From Pirellulales bacterium (lineage in GTDB: Bacteria; Planctomycetota; Planctomycetia; Pirellulales; S012-138): DNA of 64,000 bases. Position 1 is the first letter of the stretch, and each line of letters begins with the position of its first letter. This document shows positions 21,184 through 32,413 of the stretch, in pieces. The notes below the pieces were generated by a model that saw only the letters and a program-made list of their open reading frames with translations, had not been told where the DNA came from and ran no database searches. A program made the translations under genes and the position numbers. The stretch covers positions 635 through 64,634 of the forward strand of contig JALCBR010000012.1 in NCBI GenBank assembly GCA_028066245.1, read 5' to 3'.

Positions 21184-23121
21184 TTGATGTTACGCCTGCG
21201 CATAGCGCTTCTGGCATCCGCCGTTTGCCTTTGTTGGATTGTCGCCGGAAGCGAACGCCCCGTAAACGGCCAGATTATCTACCCGCTTCCCAGTCGCGAA
21301 CCGGTGGTTCTCACCTCTGACAACGCAACCTCGATTCATACATGCGCGCTGCCGCCTGGCTACGCGCTGGCAGTCAAGAACAATTCGCTGGAATTGTTGA
21401 GCAACGGAACGCGACGGATTGTCAAGCGGGTTAATAAGGCCGCATTGGCGGCGTGGGAGACGGTAGCCAAGATGTGGTCTCCGGACATCACTCAGACTGA
21501 CGTGGCAATGAGCTCGCCCAAACAGCCGGCTACATTTCGCAGCGTCGCGGCCACGTTTGAGCCGGTGGAAAGCTCGCAACCTACGCCGACAAAGTCAAAC
21601 TGCCCATTGTCGTTCTTGCTAGACATGCCGGCTTTGACCACTCCCGCCATCAGCATGGGCCAGGACTCTGCGTCACTGTCATCCACAGCGGACGACCTAC
21701 CAAAACTGAGCTTCTTCTGGCCCAGCATCGCTGAACCACCCGTCAGCCTGAGGCCGAAAGATCGCTCGGTGTTTTCATTCCGGACCGTGACAGGGCCACG
21801 ACAGGTGTCGCCGCGTCGAAGTCCCACAGTTGGTCCGATGCCGCTTCGGCCGTCAAGCGGTAGCTCGCCGAGTTCCTGGGAAGTGATCCGCGAGAACTTG
21901 GAAACAGCCACGGAGAATCTTGCCTCTAATTGGGGGGCCGCTCAACTTTGGCTCACCGACCAAACGGATCGCCTGGAGAACTGGGGGAGGGAAATTGTTG
22001 CCGGCTTGGCCATCAACAACGGCGTTCTCACCGCGCCGCCTCAAAGCGACCCGGGGCCACCTCACCGGATCGCTGCCGGAGCTCCCTCCATGGTCAGCAC
22101 GCCATTTGGTCCGGTTTATCTACGGAAGAAGGAATCAAACTCGGCCCAGTCTATCGCACGAGGCAACCCCCTTCGGAATGGCAACCCTGGTGTCATCGAG
22201 ATAACTCGTCACGTGACTCGCATCGCCATCTCTGCCAATCCACTCCAGGCGTGGCAGGATCTGGCCACTGCCACCAGTCGCGAACTGACCCTACATGGCG
22301 ACATCTTGAACGTGGCGATTGACCGCTGGCGGGAAACACGGCCCTCCCAAATCCCACCGCTTCCAGAAATCGACCGTCCCAAGATCATCAGTGTCAACGC
22401 AACGCGCGAAGCTGAGGAGACCAAAGGCGAAGAGCCCGAAAACAGCGATCCGCAGGATGCCTCGCCACAGAGTCAAGACGCGGCTTTCAGTCCGACAGTC
22501 AACCCAGGGTGGACAGAAGTTGACCCTTGGTGGTGGGATGCTGATTGCCCATGCGAGCGGGCGGTTGATGACTACGAACAGATCGAGCAAACAACTGAGG
22601 CTGAAGTTTCTTCCGTCAGCGCATGGCGAAGTGTTCCAGCCCAGTCATTAGGAAACATCGCGCGGATCTTGGCCGACCCTTGTCTTCAATTCGATGACAG
22701 CCTGGCGATCTCGATCAACCAGCAGCAAGATGGACTGACTGAGCCCAGTGCAAGCCCCACCGACAACCGGCTGCGCTTGCGAACTTCCGATGAGAGTGGT
22801 CGCCTGGACCTGGGAGCGGGGTATCGCCCCGGACAACCACGATCTGAAAAGTCAACAAAGTTAACTCTAGCCGAATTGGAATTCGTCAATCAAGCCGCAA
22901 AACGAATCGGCTTCGCAACCAGTCGTGTCGCACTCGGCTTCCAAGAGGCCGCAGGCATCTTAATCAACCAAGCTTCGAGCATTGTCGAAGTCGAATCCGG
23001 TAACGAGCGCGCAATCGCTACAATCGATCTCCCAAGCAACGGTCAAGACACTGCCGCAGAAGCTAATGCATCACCCCGCATCAGCGCCGTGGATGGTCAT
23101 CACGAAACATCAGAGCGTTAG
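21184..23121 (+). CDS. Hypothetical secreted, Ser/Pro-rich, probably largely disordered protein
   Basis: 645-codon ORF with GGAGG RBS and signal peptide; no family motif recognised. Confidence 0.7.
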   Translation: MMLRLRIALLASAVCLCWIVAGSERPVNGQIIYPLPSREPVVLTSDNATSIHTCALPPGYALAVKNNSLELLSNGTRRIVKRVNKAALAAWETVAKMWSPDITQTDVAMSSPKQPATFRSVAATFEPVESSQPTPTKSNCPLSFLLDMPALTTPAISMGQDSASLSSTADDLPKLSFFWPSIAEPPVSLRPKDRSVFSFRTVTGPRQVSPRRSPTVGPMPLRPSSGSSPSSWEVIRENLETATENLASNWGAAQLWLTDQTDRLENWGREIVAGLAINNGVLTAPPQSDPGPPHRIAAGAPSMVSTPFGPVYLRKKESNSAQSIARGNPLRNGNPGVIEITRHVTRIAISANPLQAWQDLATATSRELTLHGDILNVAIDRWRETRPSQIPPLPEIDRPKIISVNATREAEETKGEEPENSDPQDASPQSQDAAFSPTVNPGWTEVDPWWWDADCPCERAVDDYEQIEQTTEAEVSSVSAWRSVPAQSLGNIARILADPCLQFDDSLAISINQQQDGLTEPSASPTDNRLRLRTSDESGRLDLGAGYRPGQPRSEKSTKLTLAELEFVNQAAKRIGFATSRVALGFQEAAGILINQASSIVEVESGNERAIATIDLPSNGQDTAAEANASPRISAVDGHHETSER

Positions 23122-23216
23122 CTTGCACCGCAGGCGATCCTATCGCAGATGCCTGATGCGATGGCAAAGCTCTTGATACAATCCTCGCAAAGAAATTCCG
23201 AAATAACGCGGCATAG

Positions 23217-23248
23217 AGCCTGCCCGGACTCTTCCGGGTGGGTTTTTT
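23217..23248 (+). terminator. Probable rho-independent terminator
   Basis: GCCTGCCCGGA-CTCT-TCCGGGTGGGT followed by a T run. Confidence 0.65.
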
Positions 23249-23559
23249 GCAATTTACAAAATGCTGAGAGATAATGATGATATCAGGTTGCTTCTGAACG
23301 CTGACGAGGAACAATGGCGACGGAAGTTGGACCAGTGAGCCAAGCGAAAATGGTGGGGAGCGGAAGAGGCGCGTCGGAGACCGCAGTCACCCGCCAAAAA
23401 GCTCGAAATTTGTTTGGCATGCGTGGATAGGGCCGAATAAAATCGGCGTATCCACGTTCGTGGTATCTCTTTTTGTGAATTTACGGACGCTGCGCAATGC
23501 CGGCATGCGGAACAGGCCGGTTCGCTTTGCACGCATTTCCTGAGTGGGAGTCTCCAACT

Positions 23560-26500
23560 ATGTTCAGACCACGTCATTTGGTACGGGTCTCGCTTCCAGT
23601 CGCGGCATTGGCTGTCGCCGTTGTGGTCGCCGCCAATCTGCCGGCAGATAAGCCGGGCGAAGAGGCCGCCAGGCTTGACGTCTTTGACAAGTATTTCGCC
23701 TTGTCATTGCAGCCTGGGCTGCACGCGGAACGTGCAGAATCACATGACATTACGGTGCTGTTTGACACTTCCGCCACTCACATGGCTGACTTCCGTGCCA
23801 AATCACTGGCAACGTTGGACGTGATGCTCAACGCTTTGGGTCCCCAGGATCGTGTTCGATTGGTCGCTGTGGACATCAATTCCGTCCCCCTGACCGAAGG
23901 ATTTATCTCGATTTCTGACACAGACGCCGTGCGCGCTGCAGTGGCAAAGTTGGAAGAGCGAGCTCCGCTGGGAGCAACGGACATGGCTGCCGCCTTGACC
24001 GAAGCGGCCCAGGCATATGGTGACGATGCCAGCGAACATCCCCGCTCGGTCGTTTACATCGGCGATGGATTGAGCATGGCCTCGATTCTTGGTGAGCCTG
24101 AAATGGCCGAAATCACCGAGACAATGACGAGCCACAAAATTGCGATCAGTAGTCTGGCGATTGGATCTCGCGTTAATGGTCAAATGCTGGCCGCGTTGGC
24201 CAACCACACCGGCGGCATGATGTTTATCGATTTTGAAGGAGCCACCACCGACGAGATGGGGCACTTCTTGGCTGACAGCGCTGCTCAAAGTGTTTTCTGG
24301 GCAGACTCTGTCGAACTGCCTGATTCCTTCGACCACGCTTATCCAGAACGCATTCCGCCGTTCCGTGCAGATCGTGACACAGTGCTGGTCGGTGTCGGCG
24401 TTGCCCGCCGTCCTTTTGAGGTTCGGGTCCGCGGAACGTTCAATGGTCAGCCACAGGAATTGACCTGGAATGTCAAACCCTCTGTTGCGAATGAAGATCA
24501 CGCTTATCTGGCTTCGCTGGTTGATTCCGCCGAAGAAAACGGCGGCGTGTTGTTGGCCACACTGGGAACGCCGGGACTCAATGAAATCCGTCGCGGGACA
24601 ATGCTGGCAACCAAGAACCTGAACGCGATTGCTGGTCAAGCCTTGCAAATGGATCCGGCCAACGCCGGTCGCTTGGCCAAAGGCGCGCTGGCATTGGATC
24701 CCAACAACGAACAGGCCGAAGCGATCGCTAAGCTAGCTTCCACTGCTGATGCCAGCGGTGAAATGCTGATTGATCTGCAAGATCCTCCGGCTGCTGGTGG
24801 CCAGCAGCAGCCCCCAGCCACGCAGCAGAGCCAGGACGATCTCCTGGATCAATTCACTCAAGATCAGCGCATCCTCAGTCAGCGGCTGACAGCTGAGGTG
24901 GTCAACACAATCAGTGAAGCTCGTAGCGACATGTCGCGTAATCCAGAAAAGGCGATCAATGATTTGCGCTTCGCTCTGGACGCGGTCAAGGCTTCGACGG
25001 TGTTATCCGAAGGTGGTCGCGCACAACTTATCGGCCAGATTGAAGCCGCCCTGCGCGCCGCCCGGGTCAGCCAACAGGAATTCGACGCGATCGAAGCTGA
25101 ACGCCAGGCGCGTCGAGCCCAGGCTGACGCCGTTCAGCAAATGCTCAGCCAACAGCAAAGGGATGAGGATAAGTTGGATCAATATATGGAATTGTTCCAC
25201 GCCCGCATGGAAGATAAAGATTTCGCTCAAGCTGAGTTGCAAGCTGACAAAGCCACTCAATTGAACCCCCGCAATCCGTCCATCGCGGCTGCCGATCTGG
25301 GGGCCACGATGCAAGGTTCGATCTACAATTTTCAACTTTGGCGCCGTGCTCGCATCCGTGGCGTGCTGGAAACCTTGGCCTCGGTGGAAAGATCTCACGT
25401 CCCTACGCCGGATGAGCCCCCCGTCATTTACCCGCCAGCAGATGTTTGGCGAAGTCTGACGGAACGCAGACGCCAGTACGCCTCGGTTGACCTTTCCAAC
25501 CCCAACGAAAACGAGCGTCAGATCCAGGCCGCGTTGGACGAGCCAACCGAGTTTGCATTCGTTGACGTGCCGTTGAGCACTTTTGCTCGAGCCGTTGAAG
25601 ATCAGCACGGCATGAACGTCGTCCTAGATGATCAAGAGTTGCAACTGGTTGGTCTTGATCCCGACGTGACAACAGTCACCAAGCAGCTCACCAACATCAC
25701 CTTGCGTTCAGCACTCCGGTTGACGCTCCCACAGTTGGAGATGGGCTACTACATCAACAATGAAGTTTTGGTTCTCACCAGCAAAGAAAAGGCCGAAACT
25801 CAGTTGCAAACGAAAGTCTACCCAGTCGCTGACTTGGCCGTGCCGATCCAGCCACCCGGCGGTGGTTTTGGCGGCGGCGGATTCGGCGGATTCGGCGGTG
25901 GCGGCTTTGGCGGCGGACAGTTCGGCGGTGGCGGCTTTGGTGGCGGACAGTTCGGCGGTGGCGGCTTTGGTGGCCAATTTGGTGGTGGCGGTCGAGGTCT
26001 TGGTGGCGGACAGTTCAACGTCCCTTCGCAAGCGCAGGATGCCGGTGGAAATCAATCGCCTGTGAAAATTGGCGATGTCCAGCAGCCACAAATTCGCCAA
26101 CGGACGGGCCCTGTTGAGCCAATTCAACTAACCATTGAAGATGGCGCAGACGCGGATCAAGCCTGGGATGTCTACCTGGCTGCCAACGAGGTCGATGATG
26201 CAACGGTTCGCGCGACGACCAAGAGCTTGATGAACGCCCACGAGTTCGATCAAGTAGCGGCCCTGCTGAATGCTTCTCTCAAGCGTGGCAACGCCGAGCC
26301 TTGGATGTACGAAGCCCTGTCCCTGGCATTGATGGCGGCGGACCGGCGTGATGAAGTCGAGAGAGTATTGATGTCCGCCCTGGCGTTTTCATCCGATATT
26401 GAAGACAAGCTTTATTTGGCTCAATACATGTCCCGGTTTGAGTTCCGGGAAAGGGCGTTGCAGATTTATCAACAGGTTGCTCGCGTAGCGCCAACTCGGC

Positions 26501-27726
26501 ATGAACCGTATGTGCTGGGATTGGAATTGGCGAAGCAACTTGGCGACATCGACGGCATCCGTTGGGCTATTGTCGGCATCGCTGGTCAGGCATGGGGCCA
26601 AGACCAGAAGTATATTTGGGAGAACGCCGTCAACGTGGCGGAAGCGACCCATAAGGAACTCAAAGAGGCCGGTCGTGAAGCGGAAGCGAACACTTTTGGT
26701 ATCGCAATTGCCGATGCCCTGCAGCGCGACCTGTTGATTGAGGTCATGTACACGGGCGATGCTCAAGTGGACCTGATGGTGGAAGAACCAGCAGGAACGA
26801 TCTGCTCTTTCCGGGCCCCCCGCAGCACGTCCGGCGGAGTGCTCGTCAGCAATCAGCTGGACGGTCCAATCAAGGGCGCTCGTTCAGAAGTTTATGTTTG
26901 CCCGGAAGGTTTTGACGGTCGCTATCGCGCCCGTATTCGCCGCGTGTTCGGACAGCCCAATGGCGGCCAAGTCAAGGTCACGGTTATCAAGAACTTCCGT
27001 GGTGAGAGCCCCGTGATTGAAACCAAGTTGGTGACTGTGGATGACAAGGATGCCATGGTGGTGGTGGATCTGGAATCTGGCCGCCGCAAGGAGTCTTTGC
27101 AAGATCATCAGGTGCAAAACGCGGTTGTCAAGCACACGGTGGGCCGACACGTGCTGGCACAGCAATTGGCCGGCATGGCGGCAAACCCCAATTCCGATGA
27201 TTTCAATTTCGCTCGCCGACGAAACATGGTTGGCAATCCGTTTGGTCGCGGCGGCAACCGTGCGGTTGGCTTCCAACCGGTCATTGAAACATTGCCCGAA
27301 GGTGCCAGCACGACGGTCAACGCGGTGATCTCCGCAGATCGCCGCTATGTGCGGATTGGCGCCACACCAACGTTCTCCGGAATTGCTGAGGTCAACACGT
27401 TCAATTTGGCTGGTGGAGCGACCAACCAGACAAATCAAGGTGGATTTGGCGGCGGCGGATTTGGCGGCGGTCTCGGTGGCGGCGGCGGCCAGTTTGGCGG
27501 CGGCCAGTTTGGTGGCGGGGGATTCGGCGGCGGCCAGTTTGGTGGCGGGGGATTCGGCGGCGGCCAGTTTGGTGGGGGCGGGTTCGGCGGCGGCCAATTT
27601 GGCGGCGGTGGATTCGGCGGCGGCCAATTTGGCGGGGGCGGGTTCGGCGGCGGCCAATTTGGTGGGGGCGGCGGCTTCGGTGGAGGGGGCTTCGGTGGCG
27701 GTGGATTGGGTGGAGGCGTGTTCTAA
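23560..27726 (+). CDS. Large exported VWA-domain protein with TPR-like region, secretin-like segments and Gly/Phe repeats
   Basis: Signal peptide; VWA MIDAS-like LFDTSATH...GATD...VVYIGDG; TKVYPVADL and VISADRRYVRI motifs seen in planctomycete secretin-like proteins; two GGGF/GGGQF blocks. Confidence 0.8.
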   Translation: MFRPRHLVRVSLPVAALAVAVVVAANLPADKPGEEAARLDVFDKYFALSLQPGLHAERAESHDITVLFDTSATHMADFRAKSLATLDVMLNALGPQDRVRLVAVDINSVPLTEGFISISDTDAVRAAVAKLEERAPLGATDMAAALTEAAQAYGDDASEHPRSVVYIGDGLSMASILGEPEMAEITETMTSHKIAISSLAIGSRVNGQMLAALANHTGGMMFIDFEGATTDEMGHFLADSAAQSVFWADSVELPDSFDHAYPERIPPFRADRDTVLVGVGVARRPFEVRVRGTFNGQPQELTWNVKPSVANEDHAYLASLVDSAEENGGVLLATLGTPGLNEIRRGTMLATKNLNAIAGQALQMDPANAGRLAKGALALDPNNEQAEAIAKLASTADASGEMLIDLQDPPAAGGQQQPPATQQSQDDLLDQFTQDQRILSQRLTAEVVNTISEARSDMSRNPEKAINDLRFALDAVKASTVLSEGGRAQLIGQIEAALRAARVSQQEFDAIEAERQARRAQADAVQQMLSQQQRDEDKLDQYMELFHARMEDKDFAQAELQADKATQLNPRNPSIAAADLGATMQGSIYNFQLWRRARIRGVLETLASVERSHVPTPDEPPVIYPPADVWRSLTERRRQYASVDLSNPNENERQIQAALDEPTEFAFVDVPLSTFARAVEDQHGMNVVLDDQELQLVGLDPDVTTVTKQLTNITLRSALRLTLPQLEMGYYINNEVLVLTSKEKAETQLQTKVYPVADLAVPIQPPGGGFGGGGFGGFGGGGFGGGQFGGGGFGGGQFGGGGFGGQFGGGGRGLGGGQFNVPSQAQDAGGNQSPVKIGDVQQPQIRQRTGPVEPIQLTIEDGADADQAWDVYLAANEVDDATVRATTKSLMNAHEFDQVAALLNASLKRGNAEPWMYEALSLALMAADRRDEVERVLMSALAFSSDIEDKLYLAQYMSRFEFRERALQIYQQVARVAPTRHEPYVLGLELAKQLGDIDGIRWAIVGIAGQAWGQDQKYIWENAVNVAEATHKELKEAGREAEANTFGIAIADALQRDLLIEVMYTGDAQVDLMVEEPAGTICSFRAPRSTSGGVLVSNQLDGPIKGARSEVYVCPEGFDGRYRARIRRVFGQPNGGQVKVTVIKNFRGESPVIETKLVTVDDKDAMVVVDLESGRRKESLQDHQVQNAVVKHTVGRHVLAQQLAGMAANPNSDDFNFARRRNMVGNPFGRGGNRAVGFQPVIETLPEGASTTVNAVISADRRYVRIGATPTFSGIAEVNTFNLAGGATNQTNQGGFGGGGFGGGLGGGGGQFGGGQFGGGGFGGGQFGGGGFGGGQFGGGGFGGGQFGGGGFGGGQFGGGGFGGGQFGGGGGFGGGGFGGGGLGGGVF
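25858..26016 (+). repeat. Internal Gly/Phe low-complexity repeat (GGGF/GGGQF)
   Basis: In-frame degenerate repeats within the VWA gene. Confidence 0.9.
27439..27723 (+). repeat. C-terminal 30-nt tandem repeat encoding GGGQFGGGGF (five full units from 27496)
   Basis: Units differ only at synonymous third positions. Confidence 0.95.
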
Positions 27727-27812
27727 CAGAGTTGCTGAAACGCCCTAGCGTTTCCAATCCAACCAGGTGCAAGCTAGCTTGCAAAACAAACAAGCGATTT
27801 GCACAACACTGA

Positions 27813-28337
<525 letters not shown>

Positions 28338-28361
28338 TTCCTCAAGATCCGTTCCCATTGC

Positions 28362-31010
28362 GTGTCAGATTCTCATCGCGATCAGACTGAGTTCCTTCTT
28401 ATAGCTAAGCAAAAGCTTCGGGCAGGCCGCGAAGGGATTGCTGGCCAGCACGCACACGGCCAGGACGGTTGGACAACGTCTGCCGCACTGTGCGATCTCT
28501 TCTTTGGGATGCTGCTTGACTTTTGGGATGATGCGTTTTCGGCCGCGTGCGACGCGCACCCATCACGAGACAACAGAATCACGCTGGCCCCTACCGGTGG
28601 CTTGGGACGCCGCGATATCGCACCGTATTCTGATCTGGACGTGACCATTCTGCATGAGCCCGGTGACGAAAAGCGGGTGACCGTTCTCTCACAGCGATTG
28701 CTGCAAAGCGTATTCGACTGTGGACTACAGCTGTCCCTGACCGTCAGAACGATTAAGCAAGCTTGTAGTTTGGCGACCAAGGACGCGGAAATTCTGTCGT
28801 CACTAACTGACGCGCGCTTCCTGGCCGGATCTGTCAGCCTCTTCCAGGAGTTCCTCGAGACTTTCAAGTCCCGTCTGCGCCGGCGCCGCCGTGTCCTGCG
28901 TCAAATGGTTTTGGATGCCAGAGGAGCAGAACGGATGCGATTTGGCGAAACAGTTCACCTGCTTGAACCTGATGTCAAGCGCTCCCGCGGGGGCTTGCGT
29001 GACGTGCAGTTATTACGCTGGGTTGCCGGAGTTTGGCACGGGATTGCCGAGCCAAAGGATTTGGTCCACGAGGGCTTGCTTGAAGCAGACGTCCGGTCCG
29101 CCCTCTCTGAGTCCACGGAGTTTTTGCTGCGGGTCCGGCATGATATGCACTTTCATGGGAGATCTGAGCACAACTTCCTGCACCGAGCAGAACAACTCCG
29201 ACTGGCGGATGAGCGGGGTATCACGGGAACAAAAGGGCTGTTGCCGGTCGAAGTTTTCATGCAGACATACTTCTTTCACACAAATCGCGTCGGCCAATTG
29301 GTCAGTCAATTTGTAGAGAAGGCGGGCCCTATCCCCAAGACTCCGTCCATGTTGGCGCGCATCTTCAGGCAACAAGTGGAAGGTGACTACCGCATTGAGG
29401 CCACACAGATTACTGTCACTCCTCAAGGCACGACAAAGTTACAGCAAGGATTAGCGGAGGTGATTCGCCTCAGCCAGATTTCAGCCACATACGGCAAGAA
29501 GATCTCCCTGCAAACTGGCGCTGCAGTGCGAGAGTGCCTGGAGAACGCGGAGGAAACGTTGAGCGAAACTGCCGCCAAGGCGTTTATCTCTCTGCTGGAC
29601 CAGTCCGTCCGGCTGGGACAAGCACTGCGATTGCTGCACGACCTGGGAGCGCTTGAGCGCGTCATTCCTGAATTCGCCTACGCTCGCGGTCTGTTGCAGT
29701 TCAATGCCTACCATAAGTATACCGTGGATGAACATTGCCTACGTGCGGTCGAGGCAGCGACAGAGTTTACCTCCGATTCTTCAACACTCGGACGCACGTA
29801 CCGTGCGCTGCCTCGCAAATACTTACTGCACCTGGCGCTTTTAATACACGACCTTGGTAAAGGCCGCGGTGAAGATCACAGCGAGATTGGAGCAGCCATT
29901 GCCGACGATGTCTCGAAACGACTGCGGCTCAGTCAAGCGGACGCTGACGCACTGCAATTGCTGGTTCGAAAACACCTTCTGATGTCTCACACTGCCTTGC
30001 GCCGAGATACAAGCGACCCTCAATTGGAATTACAGTTTGCGTTTGAGGTCGGCAGCCCTGACGTTTTGCAGATGCTGTTTGTGTTGACTGCCGCGGATTT
30101 TCAGGCCGTTGGTCCAGGCGTGCTCAACGATTGGAAGATTGACGTGTTGACATCACTCTATGTCCGCACAATGAATCACTTAACAGGCAACAGCCCAACG
30201 CCCATCGATCGGCTACGCGAAGCTCGGGCAGCCGTCCGCGCGGTTTTCGAAGATCGCGCCGCGGACATCTGGATTGATCGCCAGATTGACGTCCTGCCGT
30301 CGGCATATCTCAACGCGTTCTCGGCAGAACAGATTGGCGATGACCTTTCACTACTCTTGCACCTGGAACCTCACGAACTGTTTACCAGGGGAGCCTACCG
30401 CGAAGATTCTAATGTCTTGGAAGTGACGGTTGGTGTGCGGAAACCGCAGCCGGAGGACGCTCTTTCTCGGCTCGCGGGAGCTCTTTCTGGTAAGGGGATC
30501 CAGATTTACACCGTTGATTCCTATCCATTGCTCGATGATCGGGTTGTCTATCGCTTTTCACTACAAGACCCGGAACTCCACGAAATGCCAGCCGAGGCAA
30601 GGATGAAGGAGATTGAGCATGAGTTGCACCGGGCGTTAACGCTGAAAGTTTATCGCCCAGCCGCGGCGCGGCGCGTGTGGCAAACAGCCGCGGTGAGGCG
30701 GGAAGAAGCCATGAAGACATTGCCGGTACAGGTTCGTGCTGACAACGATACATCACCTGACTACACGATCCTGGATGTATTCGCACCTGACCAAATGGCT
30801 TTGCTGTACCAGATGGCACGCACGTTGGAGCTTGCCAAGCTGCGTGTAGGATTTGCCAAGATGTCCGCTCATCTTGATCAGGCACTGGGCGTTTTTTACG
30901 TGAGCGACCAAAACGGCGCGAAGATCGAAGATGCGCTGCGGCTGCAATCGATTCGCACGGCCTTGGTGAAACGACTCGAAGATCGCAAGAAGACCAATAA
31001 GGAGCCGTAG
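28362..31010 (+). CDS. glnD: [Protein-PII] uridylyltransferase / uridylyl-removing enzyme
   Basis: GGLGRRDIAPYSDLD nucleotidyltransferase motif; LEPDVKRSRGGLRD; YHKYTVDEH; HDLGKG; C-terminal ACT-like domains; follows glnB. Confidence 0.95.
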   Translation: MSDSHRDQTEFLLIAKQKLRAGREGIAGQHAHGQDGWTTSAALCDLFFGMLLDFWDDAFSAACDAHPSRDNRITLAPTGGLGRRDIAPYSDLDVTILHEPGDEKRVTVLSQRLLQSVFDCGLQLSLTVRTIKQACSLATKDAEILSSLTDARFLAGSVSLFQEFLETFKSRLRRRRRVLRQMVLDARGAERMRFGETVHLLEPDVKRSRGGLRDVQLLRWVAGVWHGIAEPKDLVHEGLLEADVRSALSESTEFLLRVRHDMHFHGRSEHNFLHRAEQLRLADERGITGTKGLLPVEVFMQTYFFHTNRVGQLVSQFVEKAGPIPKTPSMLARIFRQQVEGDYRIEATQITVTPQGTTKLQQGLAEVIRLSQISATYGKKISLQTGAAVRECLENAEETLSETAAKAFISLLDQSVRLGQALRLLHDLGALERVIPEFAYARGLLQFNAYHKYTVDEHCLRAVEAATEFTSDSSTLGRTYRALPRKYLLHLALLIHDLGKGRGEDHSEIGAAIADDVSKRLRLSQADADALQLLVRKHLLMSHTALRRDTSDPQLELQFAFEVGSPDVLQMLFVLTAADFQAVGPGVLNDWKIDVLTSLYVRTMNHLTGNSPTPIDRLREARAAVRAVFEDRAADIWIDRQIDVLPSAYLNAFSAEQIGDDLSLLLHLEPHELFTRGAYREDSNVLEVTVGVRKPQPEDALSRLAGALSGKGIQIYTVDSYPLLDDRVVYRFSLQDPELHEMPAEARMKEIEHELHRALTLKVYRPAAARRVWQTAAVRREEAMKTLPVQVRADNDTSPDYTILDVFAPDQMALLYQMARTLELAKLRVGFAKMSAHLDQALGVFYVSDQNGAKIEDALRLQSIRTALVKRLEDRKKTNKEP

Positions 31011-31054
31011 TCATTTGAAACGTCACCGAGGCGTTTCAAATGAGCCAGATGCTC

Positions 31055-31978
31055 CTAGCCGGAAGCAAGCATGTATGCGTTGTCTTCGGCTGTTTCTTCA
31101 TAGACGTGAACCTTGTTTCGCCCCACATTTTTCGAGCGATACATTGCGTGGTCGGCCTTTTCGATAAGCCGATTGGCATCGTCTTCGCCTTCAGGTGTGG
31201 CCACACCGATACTAAAGGTCACGCTGGCCCTCTGCCCAGCGGCGACATTGAAAACAGCCGCCGCTACGCGGGCGCGGATCCGCTCCGCAATGTCTGCCCC
31301 TCGTTTGAGTTCACAGCCAGTGATCAGGATGGCAAACTCGTCGCCTCCATACCTGGCAATAAAGTCAATCTCTCGAAGAAACGTTTTCAAAAACTCTCCG
31401 AGCTTCCCGACGACGTGATCGCCGGCCTGGTGCCCATGGGTATCATTAATCCACTTGAAGTGATCAATGTCCGCAAGCACAAGCACGAAGGGAGATGCAT
31501 GTTTGCGCCAATCGCGAACGCACATCTCCAGCTTTTCGTCAAAGGCCTTGCGGTTAGCCACGCCGGAAAGTGCATCGGTCCGCGCTTCTTTTCTCGTGCG
31601 GTCAATCTCCTGAGCTTGCTCCTCCATGCGGTAGCGGGCGTAAGTCAAGTCGTCTTCAAGTTTTCGATTTGATTCCAAGACCGATGCAATTTGCTTCAGA
31701 AGACGCTGTTGCACGCTGGTCATTTCACCCTCAACGACCGTATCAACGACATCTTGTCCAACCTGACGAATCTCCATGTTATGCGTGTCAACGTCAGCCG
31801 TGAGCTCTTCCGTCGTAGAGAGTAAGTTTGACAAAACCTTGACGGAAGCGTTTCGTTGCTTCGACAGCTCTTCGCGATCACGAAGCGAACGGCGCGTCCA
31901 CCCCATGTAGTAGCCTGCGCCGAGGCCGATGACCACGCTCGTCAGCACAAACGGCAGTACGTATTGCAATGAGTTCAC
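31055..31978 (-). CDS. Membrane-anchored diguanylate cyclase (TM, coiled coil, GGDEF)
   Basis: DIDHFKWINDTHGH, REID I-site, RYGGDEF. Confidence 0.93.
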   Translation of the reverse strand: MNSLQYVLPFVLTSVVIGLGAGYYMGWTRRSLRDREELSKQRNASVKVLSNLLSTTEELTADVDTHNMEIRQVGQDVVDTVVEGEMTSVQQRLLKQIASVLESNRKLEDDLTYARYRMEEQAQEIDRTRKEARTDALSGVANRKAFDEKLEMCVRDWRKHASPFVLVLADIDHFKWINDTHGHQAGDHVVGKLGEFLKTFLREIDFIARYGGDEFAILITGCELKRGADIAERIRARVAAAVFNVAAGQRASVTFSIGVATPEGEDDANRLIEKADHAMYRSKNVGRNKVHVYEETAEDNAYMLASG

Positions 31979-32413
31979 TTTATCGAACTTTCTGCTTCAC
32001 TGGCCAGTTAGCGGCAACTTGGTTGGGCAACAAACGTGTTGTCTCGTATCGACCGAGACAGCACGGCGGAGCGGTGCGTTTGGTTTGTTTATGAAGGAAA
32101 GCCCCTTTATTCCAGTTGTTCCTGTTGCTCATGACATCCACTGGAAATGCAGGGCAACATAAGGTTCACAAGCATAGGCCATGGCCAGGTACGCACAACG
32201 GAAATCAGCTGTTGAAATTCTCCCGCAAAGCCACCGGTGACACAAATATCTGACGTAGTGTTAAGTTGATTCGCCCAGGCTTGGCCAGAGCCGGCTGCAA
32301 TATGGGAAGGCAGGCCATAGCTTCGCTGTGAAGTCTTATCGCGCCTGGGGTACTTCCTCACCTAACAACCGAGCATTATTGACGCGAGACTTGGTCTCGT
32401 CACACGACCGACG

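Noticed and set aside
27439-27723. 30-nt tandem repeats as a CRISPR array
   Set aside because: No unique spacers, in-frame coding repeat with synonymous variation, and no cas genes.
26884-27793. Antisense repeat-rich ORFs (AAAESPATKL, RRRIPRHQTG)
   Set aside because: Shadows of the Gly/Phe repeat on the coding strand.
32220-32300. c-di-GMP-I riboswitch suggested by CGCAAAGCCACCGG between c-di-GMP genes
   Set aside because: The upstream GGCAAA/GAAA hairpin and downstream pairing elements could not be found.
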